Shown in pieces: positions 29,983 through 39,372 of a stretch of DNA of 64,000 nucleotides. Within the stretch, counting starts at the first letter, position 1; each line of letters starts with the position of its first letter. Position numbers and translations under genes: made by a program. The stretch comes from Sediminibacterium sp. (GTDB lineage Bacteria; Bacteroidota; Bacteroidia; Chitinophagales; Chitinophagaceae). The stretch lies in the NCBI GenBank assembly GCA_049314475.1, contig JBMOFB010000001.1, positions 3,047 to 67,046 on the forward strand. Direction: 5' to 3'. The notes under the pieces are model-generated. The model saw only the letters and a list, made by a program, of their open reading frames with translations, made no database searches and was not told where the DNA came from.

Positions 29983-31269
29983 TTATTTTTCAGCGATCAC
30001 TAAATAATATTGCTTCTTACCTTTTTGTATTAATAGATATTTTCCTTGTAATAAATCTGCAGTTTGAATATGCGTTTTTTCAGCGCCAACCTTTTCTTTA
30101 TTGACACTCAAGCCGCCGCCCTGCCACATTTTACGAGCTTCCCCTTTACTTGGGAAGATCGCTGTGTCCACTAATAAACTGATAAAGTCATAACCTTCAT
30201 TCATTGCTGCTAATGGAACAGTGACTTGTGGAACACCATCCATTACTTGTAATAATTGAACTTCATTTAAGGATTGTAAAACTTCCGTAGTTGCATTGCC
30301 AAATAAAATCTCAGTCGCTTCAATAACAAATTTTAAATCTGCTTCGCTATGAACAAATTTTGTTAATTCGGCAGCCAATGCTTTTTGTAAAATTCTTTGT
30401 TGCGGTGCAATGGTATGCTCGGCAATCAATTCATCAATGGCGGAAGGTTCTAATAATGTGAATATTTTAATCCAAGCATTAGCATCTTCATCACTAGCGT
30501 TTAACCAGAATTGATAAAATTGGTAAGGAGAGGTTTTAGAGGCATCTAACCAAATGTTACCTTTCTCTGTTTTACCAAATTTGCCACCATCCGCTTTTTT
30601 AATCAAAGGGCATGTAAATGCAAATGCTTCTCCTCCTAATTTTCTGCGGATCAATTCAGTTCCAGTGGTGATATTACCCCATTGATCACTTCCACCCATT
30701 TGTACTTTACAGTTTTTATTTTTGTAAAGCCAATAAAAATCATATCCTTGAATGAGCTGATAGGTGAACTCAGTAAAGCTCATACCAGTGTCACCTTCGA
30801 TTCTTTTTTTCACACTGTCTTTAGCCATCATGTAATTCACAGTGATATGCTTTCCAACTTCTCTGATAAAAGAAAGGAAATTAAAATCTTTGAACCAATC
30901 ATAATTATTCACCATTTCGGCAGCATTGGGTTGCTTGCTATCGAAATTTAAAAAATGCGATAATTGTTTTTGTACACCAGCAATATTATGCGCTAAAGTT
31001 TCCTCACTTAATAAATTACGCTCTTCACTTTTTCCACTTGGATCACCCACCATGCCTGTTGCACCGCCCACCAAAGCGTATGGTTTATGTCCTGCTTTTT
31101 GTAAATGCACTAACAATAAAATGGGAACAAGGCTACCAATATGCAAGCTATCAGATGTTGGATCAAAACCAATATAACCGGATACCTGTTCTTTTTCGAA
31201 CAGTTCTTCGGTACCTGGCATAATATCTTGAATCATACCTCTCCATCTTAATGCTTGGATCAATGTCAT
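29983..31269 (-). CDS. tyrS: Tyrosine--tRNA ligase
   Basis: [24 protein letters not shown]4 domain; start moved to ATG 31269. Confidence 0.97.
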   Translation of the reverse strand: MTLIQALRWRGMIQDIMPGTEELFEKEQVSGYIGFDPTSDSLHIGSLVPILLLVHLQKAGHKPYALVGGATGMVGDPSGKSEERNLLSEETLAHNIAGVQKQLSHFLNFDSKQPNAAEMVNNYDWFKDFNFLSFIREVGKHITVNYMMAKDSVKKRIEGDTGMSFTEFTYQLIQGYDFYWLYKNKNCKVQMGGSDQWGNITTGTELIRRKLGGEAFAFTCPLIKKADGGKFGKTEKGNIWLDASKTSPYQFYQFWLNASDEDANAWIKIFTLLEPSAIDELIAEHTIAPQQRILQKALAAELTKFVHSEADLKFVIEATEILFGNATTEVLQSLNEVQLLQVMDGVPQVTVPLAAMNEGYDFISLLVDTAIFPSKGEARKMWQGGGLSVNKEKVGAEKTHIQTADLLQGKYLLIQKGKKQYYLVIAEK

Positions 31270-31369
31270 AATAGTCGCTTTGGACAAAAATAACTACTTA
31301 TATGCAATTCATTCCTAATTTCGCAACCTAAAAACTGAGTTACTCAAGTAAATTTGTAAAATTTCATAC

Positions 31370-33226
31370 ATGGCTAAAATAGGTATCAATATCGCAACAG
31401 GTAGTTTACAACAACCAGAAATGATTGTAGGGATTGACTTAGGGACGACCAATAGTTTAGTGGCCATTATCCATCCAGAAACCAAGATGCCTGTTGCCTT
31501 GAAAGAGTTTGATGGCAGTAGCATTGTGCCAAGTGTAGTGCATTTTGATTCTTTTGGGAATGTAGAAGTAGGTGCTGCTGCTAAACCTTTTTTAGAAACA
31601 GATCCAGCCAATACAATATTTAGTGCAAAGCGTTTGATGGGGAAGAGTTACAATGATATTCAAACGCATCAAGACTTTTTTGCTTATAAAATTATCGACG
31701 ATAACAAGGATAGTTTGGTGAAAGTGCAAGTAGGTGATCAGTTTTATTCTCCAATTGAATTAAGTGGTCATATTTTGACTGCATTAAAAAATAGGGCAGA
31801 ACATATTTTAAAAACGCCAGTGAACAAAGCTGTCATCACGGTGCCTGCCTACTTTAATGATTCACAAAGACAAGCAACCAGAGATGCAGGAAAATTAGCT
31901 GGGTTAGATGTATTAAGAATTATCAATGAACCAACTGCTGCAAGTTTGGCTTATGGATTAGGGTTGGATCCTTCAGAAGAAAAAACAATTGCAGTGTATG
32001 ATTTAGGTGGAGGCACATTTGACATTTCAATTTTAAAAATAAGTGGCGGTGTATTTGAAGTGTTAAGCACCAATGGGGATACCTATTTAGGAGGAGATGA
32101 TTTAGACAGAGCGATCATTGAATATTGGATGCGGCTAATGAATTTAAATGCATCAGAGGATCATAAATTATTAAAGCAGCAATTAAGATTATCAGCCGAA
32201 GAAGCAAAAATTGCTCTATCAAATGCAACGCATTTTGAAACTAATTTTGCAGGTGAAAAATTAAGTATTACAAAAGAAATATTCGAAAGTATAATTGCTG
32301 GTATTGTTGACAAGACAATGGATTGTTGTGCAAAAGCTATGAAGGACGCGGGTTTGAAAGTAGCAGACATCAACACGGTGTTGATGGTTGGAGGAAGTAC
32401 AAGAGTGCCATTGGTAAAAAATACCGTGTCAAAATATTTTAATCAAGTAGTGAACGACTCTGTGAATCCTGATGAAGTAGTGGCTCTAGGTGCTGCAGTA
32501 CAAGCAGATATTTTAGCAGGTAATAATCAATCCATGTTGTTATTGGATATCACACCATTGAGTTTAGGAATAGAAACCATGGGTGGATTGATGGATGTTT
32601 TATTACCAAGAAATTCAAAAATTCCAACACAAGCAGGAAGACAATATACCACACAAAAGGATGGACAATCAGGCATTCAAATTGCGATTTATCAGGGGGA
32701 GAGAGATTTAGTAAAAGACAATCGAAAGTTGGGTGAATTTACTTTATCAGGCATCCCGTCTATGCCAGCAGGTTTACCAAAAGTGGATGTGCAATTTTTA
32801 ATCAATGCCGATGGCATCCTCCAAGTGCGTGCAAAAGAATTAAGAACAGGGTTGACCCAAAGTATTGAAATCAAGCCACAGTATGGATTAACAGACGCAG
32901 AAGTGGAACAAAGATTAATGGATAGCATTACCTATGCAAAAGAAGATATTGCCACAAGAGCATTGGTAGAAGCGAAGACAGAAGCAGAACAAATTTTATC
33001 TGTGACCGAAAAGTTCATGTCAAAAAATATAGCGTTATTGTCTAAAGAAGAATTGATGCAGACTGCAGAAGCGATGCAGGCATTACAACTGGCCATCACG
33101 ATGGAAGATAAAAATTTAATCCAAGGCAAAACCGAGGCATTGAATGAATTGACCAGGCCATTTGCTGAACGTGTCATGGATCAGGCCATTTCTGGGGCAC
33201 TAAAGGGGAAGGGGATAATGGACTAA
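31370..33226 (+). CDS. hscA: Hsp70-family chaperone, HscA type
   Basis: [23 protein letters not shown]; SLGIETMGG and C-terminal PFAERVMD...AL.G characteristic of HscA rather than DnaK. Confidence 0.85.
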   Translation: MAKIGINIATGSLQQPEMIVGIDLGTTNSLVAIIHPETKMPVALKEFDGSSIVPSVVHFDSFGNVEVGAAAKPFLETDPANTIFSAKRLMGKSYNDIQTHQDFFAYKIIDDNKDSLVKVQVGDQFYSPIELSGHILTALKNRAEHILKTPVNKAVITVPAYFNDSQRQATRDAGKLAGLDVLRIINEPTAASLAYGLGLDPSEEKTIAVYDLGGGTFDISILKISGGVFEVLSTNGDTYLGGDDLDRAIIEYWMRLMNLNASEDHKLLKQQLRLSAEEAKIALSNATHFETNFAGEKLSITKEIFESIIAGIVDKTMDCCAKAMKDAGLKVADINTVLMVGGSTRVPLVKNTVSKYFNQVVNDSVNPDEVVALGAAVQADILAGNNQSMLLLDITPLSLGIETMGGLMDVLLPRNSKIPTQAGRQYTTQKDGQSGIQIAIYQGERDLVKDNRKLGEFTLSGIPSMPAGLPKVDVQFLINADGILQVRAKELRTGLTQSIEIKPQYGLTDAEVEQRLMDSITYAKEDIATRALVEAKTEAEQILSVTEKFMSKNIALLSKEELMQTAEAMQALQLAITMEDKNLIQGKTEALNELTRPFAERVMDQAISGALKGKGIMD

Positions 33227-33277
33227 TTGGCTCTGAGGCCCTATTTATATATTTGTGGAGACAAAATGGAGTAAAAA

Positions 33278-33308
33278 TTTGGTATTTTAAAAATGAATCC
33301 TATCTTTG
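33278..33308 (+). promoter_or_regulatory. Bacteroidota housekeeping promoter for rpsU (TTTG-N19-TATCTTTG)
   Basis: Matches the -33/-7 consensus. Confidence 0.8.
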
Positions 33309-33330
33309 CTCTCCAAATTAAAAACGCCTG

Positions 33331-33337
33331 AGGAGGT
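33331..33337 (+). promoter_or_regulatory. Strong Shine-Dalgarno AGGAGGT before rpsU
   Basis: 7 nt upstream of ATG 33345. Confidence 0.85.
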
Positions 33338-33344
33338 ATATATT

Positions 33345-33542
33345 ATGTTAATTATTGATTCAAAAGACTGCGAGAACATTGACAAGGCCCTTAAGAAGTA
33401 CAAAAAGAAGTTTGAAAAAAGCAAGACTTTAGTAAACTTACGTGCTCGTCAAGCATTTGTAAAGCCATCTGTAAAGCGTCGTTTCCAGGTATTGAAAGCG
33501 ATTTACAAGCAACAAATCTTCTCTGGTAAAATCGAAGGATAG
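33345..33542 (+). CDS. rpsU: 30S ribosomal protein S21
   Basis: ENIDKALKKYKKK...R.RQAFVKPSVKRR; start moved to ATG 33345. Confidence 0.96.
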   Translation: MLIIDSKDCENIDKALKKYKKKFEKSKTLVNLRARQAFVKPSVKRRFQVLKAIYKQQIFSGKIEG

Positions 33543-33569
33543 TTTCTAAAGAAACTCTACAATATTTTT

Positions 33570-33594
33570 AAAGCCCCATTCTTTGGGGCTTTTT
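33570..33594 (+). terminator. Intrinsic terminator after rpsU
   Basis: AAAGCCCCA-TTCTT-TGGGGCTTTTT. Confidence 0.8.
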
Positions 33595-33653
33595 GCTTTT
33601 TCATCAAATTCCTTATAAATATAAATTTAATGAAAAAGCACTTTAATGATTTT

Positions 33654-33679
33654 AAAGCCCCTTTTTAAGGGGCTTTTTT
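33654..33679 (+). terminator. Second, near-identical terminator hairpin before xerC
   Basis: AAAGCCCCTT-TTT-AAGGGGCTTTTTT. Confidence 0.7.
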
Positions 33680-33713
33680 GTTTTTTCAACTTTTTTTTAA
33701 AGTAACTTTAACC

Positions 33714-34613
33714 ATGACTATTCAAACAAGATATGCGCCCTTAAACGCTTTTCTGGCTTATCTCCAGTTTGAAAAAAGGTATTCCAGACATACCACCACT
33801 TCCTACGCCAATGATTTAACGCAGTTTTTTGATTTTATCGAAACGCAATATGAGGGATTGGCATTTCAGCAAATAACTGGCACCCTAGTTCGCAGCTGGC
33901 TTGCGAGCATGAAAGAACAGGATATGTCAAGTAAATCATTGAATCGAAAAATATCTTCTTTAAAATCTTTTTTTAAATACCATATTCAGCAAGGTACTTT
34001 GACTAAAAGCCCAATGGAGACAGTGATTAGCCCAAAAGTCAATAAACGATTACCCAGCTTTGTAACAGAACAGGATATGGAACAATTGTTCACCAATTTA
34101 GCCTTTGCAGAAGGCTGGAAAGGTTTTACTGAAAAGATGGTCATCCATGTTTTTTATGCCACAGGCATGCGTTTAAGTGAATTGATTCAATGCAAAGAAA
34201 CACAAGTCGATCTAGCAAAAGGTATCATCAAAGTAATAGGAAAGGGAAACAAAGAAAGGATCTTGCCAATTAGTCCAGCCCTTGCTTCAGAATTACAACT
34301 ATACATCCAGCAAAAACCGACCGAAGCACAAGGAAATCCTTATTTATTTGTAGCTGAAAATGGCAAGATGTTACAGCCTAGGGCCGTTTATAGTTTTGTG
34401 AAAAAATACCTTGCCCAAGTGACCACTTTACAAAAGAAAAGTCCCCACATTTTAAGACATAGTTTTGCCACGCATTTAATGAATAATGGGGCCGATTTAA
34501 ATGCAGTGAAAGAACTGCTAGGCCATAGTAGTTTGGCTGCTACACAAGTCTATACACACAACACCATTGACCAATTGAAGGAGGTCTTTGCTAAGGCACA
34601 TCCCAAAGCATAA
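33714..34613 (+). CDS. xerC: Chromosomal tyrosine recombinase XerC
   Basis: G.RLSEL, GKGNKER, H.LRHSFATH, LLGH...TQVYT; rpsU-xerC-hpf context; start moved to ATG 33714. Confidence 0.88.
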   Translation: MTIQTRYAPLNAFLAYLQFEKRYSRHTTTSYANDLTQFFDFIETQYEGLAFQQITGTLVRSWLASMKEQDMSSKSLNRKISSLKSFFKYHIQQGTLTKSPMETVISPKVNKRLPSFVTEQDMEQLFTNLAFAEGWKGFTEKMVIHVFYATGMRLSELIQCKETQVDLAKGIIKVIGKGNKERILPISPALASELQLYIQQKPTEAQGNPYLFVAENGKMLQPRAVYSFVKKYLAQVTTLQKKSPHILRHSFATHLMNNGADLNAVKELLGHSSLAATQVYTHNTIDQLKEVFAKAHPKA

Positions 34614-34739
34614 AGTTTTCTTAAAAAAAGTATCCATCATTTTTTTTCATTTTGAATTAGTAGTAACTTACTAATGCAGCGCGATGGCATGCTACGCTGA
34701 TCAGTTCTTAATTTTTTAACTTCTTTTAAAATTAATTTT

Positions 34740-35039
34740 ATGAACATCAACATTCAGACGGTGCACTTTGATGCAGACGAAAAGCTATTAGATTTTGTGC
34801 AAAAAAAACTTGAAAAACTAGCCACATTTCACGATCGAATTACTAGGGTAGAGGTCTTCTTAAAGTTAGACAATTTAGTACATGCCATTAAGGACAAAGT
34901 AGTAGAGATTAAAATACATATTCCTAAGCAAGATTGCTTTGTTAAATCCACTTCAAAATCATTTGAAAGCTCGTTTGAGCATGCATTTGACTCAGTGATC
35001 AATCAATTGAAAAAGAAAAAAGAAAAACTCGCGGCATAA
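34740..35039 (+). CDS. hpf: Ribosome hibernation factor HPF/RaiA
   Basis: IQTVHFDAD.KL..F...KL.KL, SFE..F; 99 aa. Confidence 0.9.
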   Translation: MNINIQTVHFDADEKLLDFVQKKLEKLATFHDRITRVEVFLKLDNLVHAIKDKVVEIKIHIPKQDCFVKSTSKSFESSFEHAFDSVINQLKKKKEKLAA

Positions 35040-35055
35040 ATTCACATCTTACAAA

Positions 35056-35087
35056 AAAGAAAGAGGTCCAATTGGGCCTTTTTCTTT
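35056..35087 (+). terminator. Intrinsic terminator after hpf
   Basis: AAAGAAAGAGGTCC-AATT-GGGCCTTTTTCTTT. Confidence 0.7.
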
Positions 35088-35168
35088 GCGCTTTTATTCC
35101 TATTTCGTTCCTATTTCATTGATTTCTAAACATTTTTTGTTTTTTGGGATAAAAATTTCCTCTAAAAT

Positions 35169-35198
35169 TTTGATAAATAAAGAATTCCATTACCTTTG
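35169..35198 (+). promoter_or_regulatory. Promoter of the tRNA-tuf operon (TTTG-N18-TACCTTTG)
   Basis: Close match to the Bacteroidota -33/-7 consensus. Confidence 0.75.
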
Positions 35199-35244
35199 CC
35201 ATCCCAAAATTGGGTAGAGCTCTTTTATGGGTTGGAAACAACAA

Positions 35245-35317
35245 GCCGGAATAGCTCAGTTGGTAGAGCAGCTGATTTGTAATCAGCAGGTCGCGGGTTC
35301 GAGTCCCATTTCCGGCT
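35245..35317 (+). tRNA. tRNA-Thr(TGT)
   Basis: Acceptor GCCGGAA/TTCCGGC, anticodon arm GCTGA-TTTGTAA-TCAGC. Confidence 0.95.
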
Positions 35318-35329
35318 CTAGGGTATTTT

Positions 35330-35412
<83 letters not shown>

Positions 35413-35484
35413 CAAAATTTTTCGTATATTGCTTGTCCAAACAAGCGAAAGCGTAAAATTTAGTTCTTTATAATGATCGTATAA

Positions 35485-35560
35485 GCGGGAGTAGCTCATT
35501 TGGTAGAGCGATAGCCTTCCAAGCTATAGGTGGCCAGTTCGAGCCTGGTCTCCCGCTCCA
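35485..35560 (+). tRNA. tRNA-Gly(TCC), CCA encoded
   Basis: Acceptor GCGGGAG/CTCCCGC, ATAGC-CTTCCAA-GCTAT. Confidence 0.96.
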
Positions 35561-35577
35561 GTTACTTGATGGGAATG

Positions 35578-35649
<72 letters not shown>

Positions 35650-35761
35650 CAAAAGGATCTGGTTGAAAGCGTTGAAAAAAGTGGATAAAAAAAGAAAGCT
35701 ATGGTCGATGGACTCGGTGGTCTATTGACAGCAATTATAAAAAAAACAAAAATAAATAAAG

Positions 35762-36949
35762 ATGTCTAAAGAGACCTTTAAGAGGGAGAAACCTCACGTA
35801 AACGTTGGTACTATTGGCCACGTTGACCATGGTAAAACAACATTGACAGCTGCCATCACAGACGTATTGTCTCAAAGAGGTTTAGCTGCTAAGAAAAACT
35901 ACGACGAAATTGATGGTGCGCCAGAGGAAAAAGAGCGTGGTATTACCATCAATACAGCTCACGTAGAATACCAAACTGATACGCGTCACTATGCGCACGT
36001 TGACTGTCCAGGTCACGCTGACTATGTGAAGAACATGATCACTGGTGCTGCTCAAATGGATGGTGCTATTCTTGTAGTTGCTGCTACAGATGGTCCTATG
36101 CCACAAACAAAAGAGCACATCTTGCTTGCACGTCAGGTAGGTGTTCCTCAAGTAGTTGTATTCATGAACAAAGTAGACTTAGTTGACGATGCTGAATTGT
36201 TAGACTTAGTTGAAATGGAAATTCGTGAATTATTATCTTCTTATGGATTTGATGGCGATAACACTCCAATTATCCGTGGTTCTGCAACTGGCGCATTAGC
36301 TGGTGAGGCAGAGTGGGTAGCTAAAGTGACTGAGTTGATGGATGCGGTAGATTCTTACATTCCATTGCCTCCACGTCCTATCGATCAACCATTCTTGATG
36401 TCTGTAGAGGACGTATTCTCGATCACTGGTCGTGGTACAGTTGCTACAGGTCGTATTGAGCGTGGTATCATCAAAGTAGGTGAAGCATGTGAAATCGTAG
36501 GTTTGATGGAAACTCCAATGAGCTCTACTGTAACAGGTGTTGAGATGTTCAAAAAATTATTGGATCAAGGTCAAGCAGGTGATAACGCAGGTTTATTATT
36601 ACGTGGTATCGAGAAAAAAGATATCCGTCGTGGTATGGTAATCTGTGCGCCTAAATCGATCACTCCACACACTGATTTCAAAGCTGAAGTATACGTATTA
36701 AGCAAAGAAGAAGGTGGACGTCATACTCCATTCTTTAACAAATACCGTCCTCAATTCTACTTCCGTACTACGGATGTAACTGGAGAGTGTTCTTTACCAG
36801 AAGGAACTGAGATGGTAATGCCAGGTGATAACGTTAGCATCACTGTAAAGTTGATCCAACCTATCGCGATGGAAAAAGGACTTAAGTTCGCTATCCGTGA
36901 GGGTGGAAGAACTGTAGGAGCTGGTCAAGTTACTGAGATCGTTAAGTAA
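35762..36949 (+). CDS. tuf: Elongation factor Tu
   Basis: [28 protein letters not shown]. Confidence 0.99.
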   Translation: MSKETFKREKPHVNVGTIGHVDHGKTTLTAAITDVLSQRGLAAKKNYDEIDGAPEEKERGITINTAHVEYQTDTRHYAHVDCPGHADYVKNMITGAAQMDGAILVVAATDGPMPQTKEHILLARQVGVPQVVVFMNKVDLVDDAELLDLVEMEIRELLSSYGFDGDNTPIIRGSATGALAGEAEWVAKVTELMDAVDSYIPLPPRPIDQPFLMSVEDVFSITGRGTVATGRIERGIIKVGEACEIVGLMETPMSSTVTGVEMFKKLLDQGQAGDNAGLLLRGIEKKDIRRGMVICAPKSITPHTDFKAEVYVLSKEEGGRHTPFFNKYRPQFYFRTTDVTGECSLPEGTEMVMPGDNVSITVKLIQPIAMEKGLKFAIREGGRTVGAGQVTEIVK

Positions 36950-37018
36950 TTGAACTAAACATAATAACTGAAAGTCTTTGGTTTAAGCATCTGCTTTGAC
37001 CAGAGACTTTTGGTTCAT

Positions 37019-37089
37019 ACGGGCATGGTGCAACGGTAGCATACGGGTCTCCAAAACCTTTGATCTGGGTTCGAATCCTAGTGCCCGTG
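37019..37089 (+). tRNA. tRNA-Trp(CCA)
   Basis: Acceptor ACGGGCA/TGCCCGT, anticodon arm CGGGT-CTCCAAA-ACCTT, canonical tuf-trpT-secE position. Confidence 0.93.
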
Positions 37090-37142
37090 CGAAGAAAATT
37101 TGCTATCTTTAGCAAAATCTCTCGGCGAAAAAAAGATATATT

Positions 37143-37337
37143 ATGAACAAAATAGGGAACTACTTTAAAGAAAGTTACTTAGAATTACAAGAGAAAGTGA
37201 CTTGGCCTACTTGGGCTAATTTGCAGCAAAGTACTGTGATTGTATTAGTGGCTACGGTAATCATTACTGCTTTGGTATGGGCAATGGATTTTTCAAGTAA
37301 CCAATTATTAAAATTGATTTACTCTTTATTTAAGTAA
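37143..37337 (+). CDS. secE: Preprotein translocase subunit SecE
   Basis: EL..KVTWPT plus one TM. Confidence 0.95.
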   Translation: MNKIGNYFKESYLELQEKVTWPTWANLQQSTVIVLVATVIITALVWAMDFSSNQLLKLIYSLFK

Positions 37338-37340
37338 AAC

Positions 37341-37958
37341 ATGGAAACAGAAATACAAGCAATAGAAGCACCAATCACAGCTGCACCAGCAGGTCCAGAA
37401 ACAAAATGGTATGTATTGCGTGTGGTGAGTGGTAAAGAAAAAAAGATTAAAGAATACCTTGATAAGGATATCATTAGAAACGGATGGACGAATGTGATTA
37501 AGCAAGTATTCTTACCAATGGAGAAAGTGTATAAAGTGCAAAACGGCAAGAAAGTAATGCGCGAAAAAAACTATTTCCCTGGCTATGTCATGATGGAAGT
37601 GGTTGATAATAAAGCTACTATCGCAGATGATATCGTGATGCATATTAGCAACATCACCAATGTGATGCACTTTTTGACAGATGGTAAAGGGTCAAAAGGG
37701 AATATTATATCTTTAAGAAAGTCGGAAGTAAACAAAATGTTAGGCAAGGTTGATGAGATGAACGACATGGGCGGGTCTATCAGCGAACCATTCATTTTGG
37801 GAGAAACGATCAAAATAATTGAGGGACCTTTCAATGACTTCAATGGCGTCATAGAAGAGGTGAATGAAGAAAAGAAGAAATTGAAAGTGACCGTAAAAAT
37901 ATTCGGTCGATCTACTCCTGTGGAGTTAAACTACATGCAAGTAGAGAAACTGAGTTAG
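37341..37958 (+). CDS. nusG: Transcription factor NusG
   Basis: WYVLRV.SG.E, FPGYV, KOW GPF.DF.G, IFGR.TPVEL. Confidence 0.97.
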   Translation: METEIQAIEAPITAAPAGPETKWYVLRVVSGKEKKIKEYLDKDIIRNGWTNVIKQVFLPMEKVYKVQNGKKVMREKNYFPGYVMMEVVDNKATIADDIVMHISNITNVMHFLTDGKGSKGNIISLRKSEVNKMLGKVDEMNDMGGSISEPFILGETIKIIEGPFNDFNGVIEEVNEEKKKLKVTVKIFGRSTPVELNYMQVEKLS

Positions 37959-37972
37959 AAGGAAAAAGGTAA

Positions 37973-38006
37973 AGAGTCCCTCCATGAAAATGGGGGGATT
38001 TTTTTT
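37973..38006 (+). terminator. Intrinsic terminator after nusG
   Basis: AGTCCCTCCAT-GAAA-ATGGGGGGATT plus T-tract. Confidence 0.8.
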
Positions 38007-38043
38007 GCAAAATGGTTTATTTTAGGAAATTTTAGATTAAATA

Positions 38044-38075
38044 TTTGGATAAAAGCCAATCTAATCCTACCTTTG
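38044..38075 (+). promoter_or_regulatory. Promoter of rplKA (TTTG-N20-TACCTTTG)
   Basis: Matches the -33/-7 consensus. Confidence 0.8.
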
Positions 38076-38107
38076 CCGTCCAATTCACAGTTTTCGAATT
38101 GTGGATA

Positions 38108-38147
38108 TTTGGGAGTCGAGGCCATATTGGTCCGACGCTTAACCAAA
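38108..38147 (+). promoter_or_regulatory. uL1-binding autoregulatory leader of rplK
   Basis: UGGGAG...CGCUUAACCA asymmetric internal-loop hairpin resembling the E. coli L11-operon L1 site. Confidence 0.65.
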
Positions 38148-38160
38148 AAAACATAACAAA

Positions 38161-38604
38161 ATGGCTAAAGAAATCTCTGGCTACGTTAAGTTGCAAGTGA
38201 AGGGCGGTGCTGCAAATCCAGCTCCTCCAGTAGGTCCAGCACTTGGTTCTAAGGGTGTTAACATCATGGAGTTTTGTAAGCAATTCAATGCTAGAACTCA
38301 AGACAAACAAGGAAAAGTTGTTCCTGTTTTAATTACAGTTTACACAGACAAGTCTTTTGACTTCGTTATCAAAACTGCTCCAGCTCCAATTCAATTAATG
38401 GAAGCTGCTAAAATCCAAAAAGGTTCTAAGGAAAGTAACCGTGACAAAGTAGGTAAAGTAACATGGGATCAAGTTGAAGTTATCGCAAAAGATAAGATGG
38501 AAGACTTGAATGCATTTACTGTAAACAGTGCCATGAAGATGGTTGCTGGTACTGCTCGTTCAATGGGAATTACTGTCGAAGGAAAAGCACCTTGGGAAAA
38601 CTAA
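38161..38604 (+). CDS. rplK: 50S ribosomal protein L11
   Basis: [26 protein letters not shown]. Confidence 0.99.
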   Translation: MAKEISGYVKLQVKGGAANPAPPVGPALGSKGVNIMEFCKQFNARTQDKQGKVVPVLITVYTDKSFDFVIKTAPAPIQLMEAAKIQKGSKESNRDKVGKVTWDQVEVIAKDKMEDLNAFTVNSAMKMVAGTARSMGITVEGKAPWEN

Positions 38605-38625
38605 TTTTATTCACCTTAAATATTA

Positions 38626-39324
38626 ATGAACATGTCATTGACTAAAAAAAGAAAAGACGCTGCAGCAAAGGTGGATAAGAATAAATTTTATTCCCTTAAA
38701 GAAGCTTCACAATTAGTAAAAGAAATTAACTGTACAAAGTTTGATAGCTCTGTAGATTTACACATTCGTTTAGGAGTAGATCCTAAAAAAGCAGACCAAC
38801 AAGTTCGTGGTACTGTTTCTTTACCGCATGGTACTGGTCGTACAAAAAAAGTATTAGTACTTTGTACTCCAGATAAAGAAGCAGCAGCAAGAGAAGCAGG
38901 CGCTGATTATGTAGGTTTAGATGAGTTTGTAACAAAAATTGAAGGCGGTTGGGTAGATATGGATGTGATCATCGCAACTCCAGCTGTCATGCCTAAGATT
39001 GGTAAATTAGGTAAAGTTTTAGGACCACGTAATTTAATGCCAAACCCAAAAACTGGTACTGTAACAAATGATGTTGCAGCAGCAGTAAATGAAGTGAAAG
39101 GTGGTAAGATTGCATTCAAAGTAGACAAAGCGGGAATCGTTCACGCGTCTATTGGTCGTATCTCTTTCACACCAGAAAAAATTGCTGAGAACAGTGCTGA
39201 GTTAATTAATGCGATCGTAAAGTTAAAACCATCTGCAGCAAAAGGTACTTATGTAAAAGGTGTTAGCATGGCTTCAACAATGAGCCCTGGTATCACTTTA
39301 GAAACAAAATCATTAATCAACTAG
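38626..39324 (+). CDS. rplA: 50S ribosomal protein L1 (start may be 38632)
   Basis: [21 protein letters not shown]. Confidence 0.99.
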   Translation: MNMSLTKKRKDAAAKVDKNKFYSLKEASQLVKEINCTKFDSSVDLHIRLGVDPKKADQQVRGTVSLPHGTGRTKKVLVLCTPDKEAAAREAGADYVGLDEFVTKIEGGWVDMDVIIATPAVMPKIGKLGKVLGPRNLMPNPKTGTVTNDVAAAVNEVKGGKIAFKVDKAGIVHASIGRISFTPEKIAENSAELINAIVKLKPSAAKGTYVKGVSMASTMSPGITLETKSLIN

Positions 39325-39325
39325 T

Positions 39326-39354
39326 CCTGGTGATCCGCAAGGAAGTGACCTGGG
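39326..39354 (+). promoter_or_regulatory. Kink-turn hairpin upstream of rplJ (L10-leader-like)
   Basis: CCUGGU-GA-UCC-GCAA-GGA-AGU-GA-CCUGGG: C-stem, 3-nt bulge, tandem G.A pairs. Confidence 0.65.
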
Positions 39355-39372
39355 TAAAAAAATAATTTAGTT

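Noticed and set aside
33714-34613. Tyrosine recombinase as a mobile-element integrase
   Set aside because: Size, motifs and rpsU-xerC-hpf context indicate chromosomal XerC.
36971-37011. Hairpin between tuf and tRNA-Trp as a novel RNA
   Set aside because: Likely an ordinary processing or partial-termination stem.
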